Of a DNA stretch of 64,000 nt, positions 1 to 12,594 are shown piece after piece. Under the pieces are notes generated by a model. It was not told where the DNA came from, did not search any database, and saw nothing but the letters and a program-made list of their open reading frames with translations. Location: contig CAXIUT010000255.1 of the NCBI GenBank assembly GCA_964035545.1, positions 28,587 to 92,586 on the forward strand. Reading direction: 5' to 3'. The stretch is from Bugula neritina (taxonomy: Eukaryota > Animalia > Bryozoa). Position 1 is the first letter of the stretch. Every line of letters begins with the position of its first letter. Position numbers and translations under genes: made by a program.

Positions 1-436
1 TATTCAATAGATTTTAATAAGAAAAGTGAGTATTTGCTTTTATCTGGAGGAGAAGACGGAGATATTTGTTTTTGGGACATCCGTAATCTAAACAAAAAGG
101 TATATTGATACGATAACAAAGCTGAACACGTTTGTGGGTCATAACGATGCAGTAACTACTGTGGCTTGGAGTCCTCATGACAGTTTGAAGTTTATTTCTG
201 GTTCTAGTGATAGGAGAGTGGTGATTTGGGACATTTAGAGGTTGAATTTGAATACAAAGGAGAAGGGTAGTAACTAGATAATGGTATTGATGATGTAATT
301 TAGTTTATTCATGGAGGGCATCGAAGCAAGGTGGTGGATGTGAGTTGGGGCAATGAGAAGGAAATGGTGGCTTCTAGTTAGTAGAATAATACAATGCAGG
401 TGTGGAAGGTTAATGAACATATTTCTTTGGTTTGAT
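1..436 (+). CDS. 3' part of RBBP4/MSI1-like WD40 histone-binding protein (introns 100-121, 284-303)
   Basis: Spliced translation: ...LLLSGGEDGDICFWDIRNL...FVGHNDAVTTVAWSPH...SGSSDRRVVIWDI...FIHGGHRSKVVDVSW...NNTMQVWK; ends at TGA 434-436. FIHGGH is the RBBP4 signature. Confidence 0.85.
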
Positions 437-624
437 TTAATATTATCAAATAATGGATAAATATTTTATTAGCTAATATTCTAGAGGGCAAAACTATAAT
501 TGTTTTTGTTTTGTGAGTATATCTATTAGGTATTAAGATGAGGTTTGATTTTACGAGGTTTTTGTTGATGTTTTTAGTGAGTGGTTCTTGACCACAGAGG
601 ATTTTATATTTAATACACCAGAAG

Positions 625-3600
625 ATGGACTATAGCTAAAAAGTGATCGGACAGGCAAGGAAGACAAGAGGTTATCTTGAAAAGAAATCTTCAGGAATCA
701 TATCTATCTGGCAGAGAAGATACTTCTTGATTCTGGATCATTCAATCACCTATTATGACGATGAAACTCTCCAAGAACAAAAAAAGTGCATCAGTCTTTC
801 TGAAATCAACAGTATCAAGGTGGTCTAGGACACAGAATTCCACCTTGTGACTAAAAAAAGGATATACGAATTAAGAGCAGAAGAAGAAGCTCAAAGAGAT
901 CTATGGGTGGCCAGTCTCAACATTTTAATATCAATAAAATAGGGCAATCACCAGGACTTGACAAAGTCTCTTTTCAGTCATGAGAGTAAGAAAATAATAA
1001 CAGCTATAAATCCTAGGCCACGTTCAAAACCTAAGAAAATAGAAAGGGCAAACTCTCCTCCAGTAATTAGAAAGATGACTTCTATGCACTAAAGAAAAAT
1101 AAAAACAGATTAATTTTCAACTGAGCATTTATTTCTGAAGGTAGGACTGGTGAAGATAGCTAATCGATGGAAAGAGAGTAATATAAAGAATAAGGTGGCC
1201 TTGCTGAGAGAAGGTAAGAAGTGTTTGTTTATTATATCCTGTAAAACACTACTTAAAAGTCACGAGGATTAAGACTTTTTATCTGAAGATCTAGTCCGTC
1301 CTTTGTAGTTCAACACTCTTTATTCTTATGATTTAGCTAGAGAGTAAAATGCAGAGGTTGTTGAGATATGTAAGTGTTGTTAGATCCAGGCTATCTAGGA
1401 AGAACAAAAAAAAATGATAATTGTCCTACCGAAAGATACTCTTACTATCAGTCTAGACTATAACACCATGGAGGTGGGCTAGGTTTTGATGATACCTAAA
1501 AAAATCAATCATGCTATTCAAATAGGAAAAGAGTATCACAATCGGTTGGGAATCAAAATAAAAAGAAATATTGATAAAATGCTTTATAATTATGATTCTA
1601 AGGAGATGTCTTTGGGTTAAATCGTTAAACGGTAGTTTTAGAGGTGTGTGAGGGAGAGTAAAGAAGCGCATTCTAAGCAGTAGTTTAGAAAGACGCTTTA
1701 GAATGTGAGGAGGACTATTAAAGAGGTGGGTAATTGTTGCTAGGTGTTATAGAAATCAAGAGGATAGTTTAAATAAAAATTTACAAAGGAATTTCATTAT
1801 CAGACAGTACACTACGTTCAGAACACTTGGAACGGGCTGCAGAAGGTTTTGACATTAAGCTAGCAGAAAAAGGTGCTTCTTTTGCTTTACTAGATTTGGA
1901 AGTCAATGAGAGAAATAGTGAAAGAGTCAAAAATATTTGATGTGGTGATAGGCATGCACAAGCATTTAATATAGAAGTACCAATAGTAGATAATATCAAA
2001 GATAAATTCTTGTTTTACTTTGAAGTAGCATGAGATATTGGACTAGATCAACATATAGATCAAGGGGTAGACTGAAATAATAGAACAAATGAATACTTTT
2101 TTTTATTCTAATAGCATATATAGACAATTCCACATAGATGTTCGTTTGGTTCTTTATGAGTTTCCTGAGATGCCTGTCAATGAGAAGATCCTACAAGAGT
2201 ATTTGAGTTTATTTAGAAATGTGTTTAAGCATATAGCTGATGAGACTTTTAAGTTTATTGATCGGTGGAGTGATACTAAGTTGATATTGGGGACATGCAA
2301 CTAGATATAATTCATAAAGAATAGTTTGTTTTAATAGATGTATTCTAAATTGGTAAAGGCTTATCCTTCTAATAGCAAGGTGATTCAATATAAGTATTTG
2401 AAGGATTTTTAAAGCGAAATAAGCAATACATAGATTTTACTGGTAAAGAACTTATTTGTGATGACATTTAGTACTATAGATCGATAGGTGTTGAGTAAGA
2501 GTTTTATTTAGTTGAGGATCGAGCAGATATGTGAGATAATTCTGTAGAAGATAAATGGTTTTAGTAAATTGAACAAGTATGTGAAAAGGAATATATTCGA
2601 GGCTAGTTTTGAATAGATATGTTATTTTTACTATAGTAGTATAATAAAGTTTAACAGGAGAGTGAAGGAGTAAAGCGCATAGTATTTTAGCAAAAAGATA
2701 GGTGAGGATATCAATACTATAGGATTGAAATTTGGTGGTTTGATTCACCAGGATAAAATACATGCCCATTTGAAAGATTTGATGTTGATTAGATAGTTTA
2801 TACAAACTGATTTGAGTAATATTAAAAAGTTATGTAGAAACATTAAAAAATAATTTGGTAACTCCTTTACTTAGTATGCCTTGGTTAATTTGCTTAGTCT
2901 TAGAGATATGAACTCATAAACTAGATAAAATTTAGCTCTATAGTGCAACTAAATCGTTAAAAATTCTGCTTAAACTCCTTAAGAAATATCCATGGTGTCG
3001 AGTAGTCGGTAATCTTTTTTGGATAATTGGAATAATGCTAGATCGAGAAAAAGTACATTGACTTTATCGCTTAATGATTTTTATTAAAATCAACATGCTA
3101 TGCAGCAAAATAAATATAGCTGTTCTGTTTGGAAGCAAGGATATCTGATTAAAAAGAAAACTATCAAAAATAATCATAGTTTACCAGAGCTAAAAGCCTT
3201 TTTTAAGGTTAATAATTCAAGACTTGAAGAATATTAGTCAGAAACAACCAAATAGTCAACTACAGCCTATTAATTACATTATGTTAAGAGATGTTACTTG
3301 CACCCAGATAAAGCATACATTTTTATAATTGAATTTAATGAGTTTAAATTGCAATTTAAAGCCTAAACATCTGATTAGGCAAAAGAATGGGTCAAAAATA
3401 TCTATGAAGAAGTTGGTACTTTGACTACTTTGAAGGAAATTCCTTTAGAAAAGTAAAGACACAGCTAGTTGAACATAAAGGAGGTTAAAGATTTGAGTAC
3501 TATGGAGTCATGCAGGTTGATAAAGGAGAGAAGTCAATAGAAAAGTAAAGACTCTCCAATGCTGAAGAAGAAACAGACATCATAAAGAAGTCATTCACCT

Positions 3601-3690
3601 GAAAAAGTGGTCAGGATATTAAAATAAGATAAACAAAAGTAACAAGTCGATGATAACTGTTATCGATGTTCAAAAGGATTTTTTTTCTGA
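625..3690 (+). CDS. Large protein with N- and C-terminal PH domains and a helical middle region (several tiny introns)
   Basis: N-terminal PH: RGYLEKKSSGIISIWQRRYFLILD...YELRAEEEAQRDLWVASL. C-terminal PH near 3130-3410: KQGYLIKK...LQFKAETSDEAKEWVKNI. ATG at 625, TGA at 3688-3690. Internal exon boundaries not fully resolved. Confidence 0.7.
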
Positions 3691-3837
3691 TTTCTTATAT
3701 CTAATAAAGACACTTATCTATCTCTAGTACTTATCTTATATCTATCTCAACTTTTATTTATATCTAATGCTTATCTATATCTAATACACATTTATCATGT
3801 ATAGATAGCTTTGAATAAATTCTAATTATAATTTTAA

Positions 3838-5794
3838 ATGTCGATACACTAACAAGATCTGGGTACATTCTCTTATATTCAGGATAATTCAACGATTCTA
3901 CCGTCCTCATGCAGCCAGTAACATTCAACCCTCGACCTGTTCCTCTTATCAGTCGCCTTCATAACCAGTAGCATGTACTATATATTCTCAGTTAGGTGAA
4001 TTTAGGCATATACGATGAGATTAAGCTATCAGAATATGCATAGAATAAATCAGGAGAGGTGATAGAATTTGTGAGTTATGATTACAATTCGAGAAATACT
4101 TTTTTGACTAAGCCTGCATTATCTTTGTTGTAGAAATATGCGACAGATGAGGTATGTTTTGTGACTGTGATGGGAGATAAGGAGTCGGGCAAAAGTTTTT
4201 TTATTGATAAGGTGTTAAATTTATCAGAAATACGGGGGAATCAGGTATATAGTTATTTTATTTATAGTTTTGTCGTAAAAATAATAAAGGCATCAATATT
4301 TGGTCGACTCCTTATTAAAAATAGTAGCTAAAAATATTCTTTTTGTAAATTAATAATTGTTCTATTTCATCAGAATAATTTAAAATACTATTGACCTATG
4401 CTTTGATGATAAGTTCTGCTTTTATCGTGATCGACCATTTTAAAAATGTGGGCACTAGTTCTATCAAACAGCTGGATAACGTGATTGCTGAAGTGGTGCA
4501 AAAGATAAGTCCTAGCAGAATATAGAAGTAGGTTTAGATGAAAAACAATCAATAGATCTTTATGCCGAAGATGTTTATCAATATAAGTCGAAACAAAAAC
4601 AAGAGAGATAAATAGTACTTGCAGATGATTTCTTAGTATGTATGTGAGTATCTTCCTGACGCGTTGTAGAGAGGGTATGGTGGTAAGAGTTCAGATTTGA
4701 TGCAGTTGCCCTTTTTGGATAAGAAGTGTATCAGTGAAGAGTATATTAGAAACGTGGCTGATGTATTTAGACAATTGCATCTTAAGGTTACAGAGAAGAG
4801 GTATAAGTAGTTGGTTTTGAATGGAAACATCATCGCTAAGGTGTCTAAATATATCTAGAGCTATCTGAATAATGGCTAGGAACTTAATATGGACAGTTTG
4901 TATTTGAAAATAATTGAAGATTTGTATCAGTCGGCTTATAATTATTGCATTCTTAGTTATCATGAAGAAATGCAAAATTAATTTTAGGATTAGCAGCCTA
5001 AATCTTTCTAGTCTCTTCTTTAAACTTTCTAAAAAGTTAGTGATAGTACTTTCGATAAATTCCATTAGTTCAATTTGGACCAAAGTCTCTATGAACACTA
5101 CTAATAAAAACTTTAAAAACACATAAACGATAAGGAGTTGATGTTGATGTAGATCAATAAGCAGAAAACCAAGCAGTTGTTTTTGTAGATGGTAGATGAG
5201 AGGAGGTTGGGAGACATTAGTTATTATAAAATAATGACCTAGAAGATGGAGAGGGAGTTGAAATCTTTAAATCACGGAAAAGCTGAAGCCATTGGATAAA
5301 TTAATGCTAAATTTTATTAGCAAACTCAACATAGTAATAATATTGACTTCCAATTGATGAAATAAATTTAAGGACTAAAATAAAATATTTCTGGAAAGGA
5401 GAATTAACTAAAAGAGATAAAGTAGTTGAAACGGGGTAAACAGAAAGAGCAATCATCGATTGATAAGGAGAGAGAGTCGTATTTATCTGTGCAAAGAAAT
5501 GTTGCAGCAAAGGCAAAGAAGCTTCAAGATTAAATTAACAGTATTATTTTGAATATGAGTGGAACTTTTTCTTCAAATAAAGACGATATCAAAAAGTATG
5601 AGGACAAGGTAGTTGCCAACAAAAAGACAATTTAGGAGTTGAAAGGATCTCATAAAGATCAGAGAGTAACAACTACAGAGGGTAGAATTGAAGAAGTGAG
5701 GAAGAAGATAGTTATGCAGTAGAAGTTGTTGGCTTAACTAAAAGAGGCTAATAATCAGACTGAACCACCAAAGAAGCCAAAAGATCAAAAATGA
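3838..5794 (+). CDS. Guanylate-binding protein (GBP/atlastin)-like protein with degenerate GTPase motifs and coiled-coil tail
   Basis: VCFVTVMGDKESGKSFFIDKVLN (P-loop) and KGINIWSTP (GBP KGIWMW equivalent), followed by a helical Glu/Lys-rich C-terminus. Tiny introns near 3976-4005 and 4245-4267. Confidence 0.65.
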
Positions 5795-5824
5795 TATGAT
5801 ATTGTTTGACATTAAATAACTAAA

Positions 5825-6951
5825 TCAGTAGCCCAACGCTTACATTATTGCATCAGCTATTTTAGGCTTAAAAGAAGATATCTTATTGTTGGAAACGTCT
5901 GGGTGACCTCGATTGTTTAGTACAACGAATACTATCTTTTTTTATTTGTCTGCCCATGCCATTGCTCCTGTAGATCCATCGTGACCAAAGCATTTTGACA
6001 TCTTTGAGGTGGGACATTGAGTGCCAAAACCTAGTCCCATAGTATTGTTATAAGGAAGTCCTTCTACTTTGGTTGTGAATAGATCTACGACAGATTGTGG
6101 CAGGACTCGAGTTGACTCTGTTGGTATTTTACCGCCTGAAACTAGGATTCTCATGAATCTGGTCAGATCATCAGCATTGGTAAACAAGCCAGAATGCCCG
6201 CCGACTCCTCCAAAGAAGTATGCTAATCTTTAATGAGCTTATCCTCTGATGATTCTTTTTCTTATTTCTAGGTTATAAAATTGCTACCTTTGTCATATTA
6301 GGTTGGAGCTATCTTATACCATTCACTTTGGGGAGGACTGAAGTTGGTATTGGACAACCCTGCGAATATTTTGTTTTGTTAGAAATATTTTTAGAAAGTT
6401 TGACGGGAGATGTTGGCGACTATTTTACTTAATAGATGGAAACCTAGGTTTGAATATTGGAATTGCGTGCCTACTGGAAAATCTGGTTTGGCGAAAGTTA
6501 TATATTACCATACATCTTCTGTTGTTTTAGGAAGAGGTCCTGGGTAGTCGTACTTCAGGCCTGAGCTATGAGTCATCAAGTTGGTGATAGTGGTATTTCC
6601 TTTGCGATTGACGTCGTAGTTGGCTATGTACTTCGAAACCAAGTCGCTTGGTTTGATCAAATTGCTTCCAAACAAGTGCATGACTCCGAAAGTGGTGGCC
6701 ATGACTTTGGTGATCGATGCGATGTCGTATTTTGTTTAGTTATTGACTTATACGTCTTGCAGTTGGTAGTTGTAGCTCAAGTGTCCATAGTTTTTTCGAT
6801 AAAGGATGTGGGTTTCGTTGGCAACGGTGACGCTTCCGCCTGGAAAGACTCTGTCTCTGACTGCTTAGTCGAAGAGGTCGTTGACTTTGGTCCAGTCAGC
6901 ACAAAGAGCGGATATTAGGAGAAGACTTGTTAGTAGTATGAAAACTTTCAT
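5825..6951 (-). CDS. Secreted beta-lactamase/serine hydrolase family protein (class C/EstB-like)
   Basis: Signal peptide MKVFILLTSLLLISALCA; YDIASITK (SxxK), LMTHSSGL, YSNLGF (YxN), GHSGLF, FGHDGSTG; 20-nt intron at 6268-6287. Confidence 0.85.
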
Positions 6952-7139
6952 GATAATAATGCTATCAGATCTAATTATAGGCAATTAATGAGCAACTCAC
7001 AAACTATTTAATGATTAATAAGTCAAATACAAGTATGATTGTGGCTTCGTTTGAAGCATTTTATATGAAGTGGATGATTCTGATGGAAGGACTGGTATCA
7101 TGAAGGATAGCAGTGGTTCCGAATCGAGATAGGTGTACA

Positions 7140-7355
7140 GTGGTTAATAGATAGTAAGCCTCCTTGTGTATGGGTTGTATAACTATAACTTCTGAAAAGG
7201 TCGTCCTCTGGTTGATCTCGCCTAGGGTCTTCGACTAAGCCAGAGAAGACAACAGAATCAACTGTGATAGTTTCTATCCTGTTCAGGAGGACTTTCCCCG
7301 AGTATAGCGACCGAAGTCGTTGGTTCAACTCGACAACAAATCAATCTATTAACAC
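7140..7355 (-). ncRNA. RNase MRP RNA
   Basis: On the minus strand: P1 GUGUUAAUAGAU / AUCUAUUAACCAC; P3 CGAGU..CGAC-UUCG-GUCG..ACUCG; CR-I GGGGAAAGUCCUCC pairs as P4 with CR-V AUACACAAGGAGGCUUAC; P8-like hairpin GAUAGAAACUAUC; AUAGUUAU (mCR-IV type). Confidence 0.8.
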
Positions 7356-7486
7356 ATCTCATATCATAATCTCAACACTTATATCAACACTATCGATATC
7401 ATAAACTAACAACAATATTAGTATGAAAAAGTTATAAAATAAATATTAGTATCACAGATTTATAAAATAACATCAATGAAATCAAA

Positions 7487-8747
7487 TCATTCTTCTATTT
7501 CCAATAGCATTGAAGAATTATCTTTTTCTGCCTGTTATTTAATAGGAGGGATAGTGAAGTACTTGATATTTCCTTTGTTCCAATCTTATACTACTAATTT
7601 GGCTCCTTGCTTCATCTAGGGAATTCCTCCTTTTCCTAACTTTCCATAGGCTCTACATATTTTAGCTAAGAAGTCTAGTGGACTCTTGAAAGGTTCTATT
7701 TTGTAGTATTCTAATAGTTGTTGTTCTGATACTTTCTATAGTATAACTTCAACTACTTCTTCAAGGTTGTCTCCATATTTGGCAGTATTTTGTAGAATTA
7801 GTTGATTTCTGGAAAGATCTTTCTAGAATATGACTCCAGGACAATCTAATAATTTAACTTGTTTGTCTAATTTGACTTCTTGAAGGGCCTTCGTGCAGCC
7901 AGGAAGACTAGATACATCACAAGTTTTGCTTCTTTTCAAACTATTAATTACACTACTTTTGCCTACATTAGGATAGCCTATCAGACCAACAGTTACAGCT
8001 CTACTGAACCCATCTAGCTTAGATAGTTGTTTGATAAGTTGCATTAAATGTTCTGTTCCAATAGCTTTAGTAGAATGGATCAAAGTATCAGCCATATCAG
8101 TACTATCAGCGATTGATTTCTTGTATAAGTTGAAAGATGAGAGATTATTTCCTTGCGATTGAAGATTGGCTTTAAACATAACTACTGGGTACTATCTTCT
8201 GAGATATGATTGCCATGCATAGGCATTTTAAATGGGTACTAAGTCGATTTTATTGAGAATAAGGATGATTTTTTTATCAGGCATTGATAGGATCTTTTTT
8301 TAGATGTTTTTGCATCGGCAACTTAAAGGATCTCTTGCGTCTAGCACTTATAAAATTATATCACAACTTTATATGATTTTTTTCATTTCTTTCCAATATT
8401 TTCCTGAATCGAATTCTTTGTTTTATAAGTATTCTTTTTCTTCTGTTTATATCTCGATGTTTTTTTAAACAAAGGAAGATTAAATTATGAGTTAGTTCAT
8501 TGATAGTGTTTTTTACTTCTAAAGATTTTGTACTATCTTATGTCTATCAGCATTTTTATTTTTGAGGGAATCGACTATTTTGTTTTTGATGAAAGATAGA
8601 TTAGGAGGTCGAGATAGATCATTTTTATTGACTAAATTTAATTAAAAAGGTACGTCTTTTGACTGATCCTTGTCCTTTTTGTATTTTGAATTCTTTACGG
8701 TTTTTTCTACTTTCTAATAAGTGTTTCTGATTTTCTTGTTTACCCAT
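7487..8747 (-). CDS. Nucleolar circularly permuted GTPase, NUG1/GNL3 (nucleostemin)-like
   Basis: DIILEVLDARDPLSCRC, ILILNKIDLVP (G4), GLIGYPNVGKSSVINSLKR (G1), LLDCPG (G3); basic N-terminus; 22-nt intron at 8632-8653. Confidence 0.88.
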
Positions 8748-8788
8748 CAACAATGCTTTATTATAATCAGACAAACAACAACAGTCAA

Positions 8789-10863
8789 ATGGAAGCAGAC
8801 GACATCATGATAAACATATCTAGACCGAGCAAAACTCAACCAGAAACCATCAATACTACTCAACAGCAGAAGAGAGACTATTATTCTGGCAGGTTCAAAA
8901 AGAAATAAAAAGGATTCTAAGGAAAATCAGGACTAATATCGAGTGGAAAATAATAATATAAGTAAAAACCTATGAGTAGAAGAGTTGAGGAACGTAGTTC
9001 AACTAATAAATTCAAAAGACCAAGAAACTTTTAAAGATAAGATGCTGGTTTATAAAAGAATAATCTAAGAGGATAAAAAAGAGTGAAATAAAATAATGGA
9101 CAACCTTATAAGAAAACAAGCTAAGTATAAATGATAACACCAAGTGAGTTAAAGTTATAAAATATTGAAGTAAATAAGGAAATCTAACTAACTTCTCTTG
9201 AAACAGTTAAACTTAATTCTTTTCTAAAAGGATCTCTTATCAGCAACAAGATAACAAATCTAACTAAAATTCAATCTAAATGTTTTGAAGATATTGTTAA
9301 TGGTAAAAATGTGATTGCTAAGGCTAACACTGGTAGTGGAAAGACTTTGGCTTATCTGATTCCTTTGATTCAGAACTATCTTTAAAATAAAGTTATTTAG
9401 AATAGAAATTCAGGGACTGTGATGTTAATTATCTGTCCTAATCGATAGCTTTGCATTCAAGGTCAAAACTAGGTGTTGAAGTGTTTGAAGAGGACTCCTT
9501 TTATTGTGCCTGGATCATTGATAGGAGGAGAGCAGACGAACCATGAGAAGAATCGATTGAGAAAAGGAGTAAATATTCTTTTTTCAACTCCTGGAAGACT
9601 AATCTATCATATGAAGAATACGACTTGTTTCAAGATAAACAATTTGAAAACAATAGTCTTCTAATAAGCTGATCGTACACTGGACATGGGTTTTCAGCAG
9701 GACATCGATGTTATTTTAGACTTCATGAAGGAGAAAATAGATGTGGATAGTGTCCAAAAGATCCTAATATCTGCTCATTTCAACTAAAGGGTGTAATCTT
9801 TGATCAGACATTTGAATTTAAATGACGCTAGATATATTGGTTTTGAGGGAGATAGAAACAAGTAAGAGTAAATAATTGGATTAGACGGATAAGAAGTTGA
9901 AATATAAAAGAAATAAGGCAATTAGAAGTTAACTTGGTACAAAGAGATCAATATATCAAACAAATTGAATCAGAGGTATGTGTTGACTACATAATAATAA
10001 AAGCTTCCTTTTTTGATAGCATATTTGCAACTGGTGAAAGAATCGAAGGTGATGATATTTGTTAGTACGATAGATGAGGTGTAATATTTCCATTTTCTTT
10101 TAAATACTCTTCGACACAAAAATGAGAATGGATAATTTAGCGAGCAGTTATTCAAGAGATAGGTTTTTAAGATTCACGGAAGTATGGTTCAGCAAGAAAG
10201 GACTCATAGTTATTTGCAATTTAAACAATAAAAAGTATATTTTCTCTATATTTAGAATGGTATATTGATAAGTACTGAAGTTGCGAGTCGAGGTCTTGAT
10301 TTTCCAGATCTAAATCATATTATTCTTTTTGATGTTCCTCCTACTTTAACTGATTATGGAAATCGAGTGGGAAGATCTGCTCGTTTCGATAGATCTGGAA
10401 TGTCTCTATTGATGTTGAACTATCCCTAATCTGACTATGCTTAACAAATCAGATTTTACTGTCCATCTCTTGGCTTGCTCGAGAAGGAGGTTGTTTTTGA
10501 AGGATATTCTAAATATCTAGACCATCTTAATGTCAGAGAAGATAGTCTTTACTATATTTAAGGTCTGATAAGAAAGATATTGAAAGATGATCAGGATAAG
10601 TTTCAGATGGCTAAGAAAGCATATGTGTCTATGCTTAGAGCGTAAGTATGTGTTGATATAGGTATGCTAGGTTGAAGGATAAGCATATATTTGCGGTAAA
10701 GAAGTTAGATTTGAAACAGTTGAGTCGATCTTTTGGGTTGAATTCTAGTGCTAAATCTAAAACATTGACTTCAAAGACTAAAATATCAACACATATATAG
10801 AATCAACGTAAGAAAAGAAAAGTATAAAGTGTTAAATCTTTACAAGTATCAGAATATTTATGA
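8789..10863 (+). CDS. DEAD-box RNA helicase DBP7/DDX31-like (motif II reads EEAD)
   Basis: AKANTGSGKTLAYLIP, PNRELCIQ, GGEQTNHEKNRLRKGVNILFSTPGRL (DBP7 signature), VFEEADRTLDMGF, STEVASRGLDFP, NRVGRSAR; tiny introns near 10235-10255 and 10642-10661. Confidence 0.85.
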
Positions 10864-10918
10864 TTATATGATTAAATGACTGTTTTGACTATTTTATTAT
10901 ATTTAAATTTAGTTCATT

Positions 10919-12525
10919 ATGAAGGTAGTTGTAAACAAAGTTTCTTCAAGAGGAGCATCACCTCAAGGTTCTCCCAACAAAACTTAAAAGACATCATCAA
11001 CGACTGAACTCAAACAGGCTTTGTAGAAAATAAAGCAGACTCAAGTTGACGTCTTGAGGGTATTGAGAAGTTAGGCCGATAGTTCGAATTTTACTCATGG
11101 CTAGCTCAAACAAATGAGCGACAATATAGAGGTTGTTATTGGCTTATTCAGAGCATCACTAACGTTAATTTATTAAAGATAGCTGAAATAAATAAAATAA
11201 AAAATGAATTTCAGCATGAAAAAGAACAATATCAAAGATAATTAACCAATAAGGCTAAAAGAATCAATCGATTAGAGGAATAATTGGTTTACAAGAATAA
11301 TATTGAAGAATAACTTGGAAAAGAAAATAATAAACTAAAAGAGTAGATGAGAATTTTAGTTTAAGAGAAAAATATAAATAAAAGAAATGATAGTAAAAAT
11401 AATGAGTACTTAAAAGAAGAATTGAATGAAAAGATATAAAGTTTAAACAGATACAAGAAACAGGTATTACATATGGAATAGCTACAAAATCATTTGCAGG
11501 AAAAACTAGGTAGATAATAGAAGAGAACATCTGAGTATCGAAGTAATTATGAGAAAGCATAGAGGTAATCAAAAGAGTTAAAAAGATTATTATCTGAAAT
11601 GTAAAAGTAAAAGACCTAGAATGATATGAAATCAACAGAAAGATAGTATCAGATTCGTTTGGAAGGTTAAGAAGCTCTATCTTAGTCTATGACAAAGGCA
11701 GTTTCTAGTTTAAAGTTTTAAAATTCAAAACTTAAAGAAGATAAAGCTTTACTTCAGAACTATGCTAAAAATCTTTAAGAAAAAATAAAGGAACAGTTTT
11801 ATTCACAAAATTTAAAAGAATAAAAAGGAAATACTGCTTATTGGAATTAGTTTATTAGCTATATGGAATCTTTAGAAAAGGAGAGGAATAAAGTCAACTA
11901 GTAGAAGCTGAAGATATCTTAAATTATAGCTTCTTTCAGGTAAAATACTCAGAAGTCATAAGAGGGAAGAGTTAAACTGCTTCAAGATCAACTAGATTAG
12001 GTTCTAAGGATAAATTTTATTCTAAGAAAAGAGAACGATGAACTAAAGATAACAGTAGACAAACTTAAAATGGATGTTTAGTGCAAAAAGATGTAGAAAA
12101 GATAGATCTAAAGCAAGTTGACTTCTCAAAAGCTATTAATATAAAAAGAATAAAAGATAAACTCAACTTTAAGCTAAGAGTTAAATAAGCACAAAAAGAT
12201 GTGTGAATAGTATGAAAGGTAGAAATATTTATTTGAGTAGAAGTTGGGAGGATTAAAGTTGGTGATATAGAGCAATATGAATGATCACAGAACTGAAATA
12301 AAGCAGATGAATATTGATGCTAGTTCTCATCGTCAGTAGACAGGTCGTCTTTTAATGTAGATTCGAGATTTAAACTAGCGAATTTATAAATTGAACATCG
12401 TTTAGAAGTAAAATGACATGTTACGTAAAAATACAATCCATATGAACTCATCGATATCCCATCTTTGGCAGATAAAATAGGCAGAGTATGCCAATGTCAA
12501 TATGATTCTTGATCAATATAAATGA
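10919..12525 (+). CDS. Hypothetical coiled-coil protein
   Basis: Long Glu/Lys/Gln-rich reading from ATG 10919 to TGA 12523-12525 under TAR=Glu. A frame change implies an intron or an indel. No recognisable domain. Confidence 0.5.
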
Positions 12526-12594
12526 TATTATTCTTCTTCATCTTTTATTATCATCATAATACTATTTCTATTGAATAAATGATATTAGTTATAA

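Noticed and set aside
7098-7328. 76-aa ORF on the minus strand
   Set aside because: It overlaps the structured RNase MRP RNA and has no protein features.
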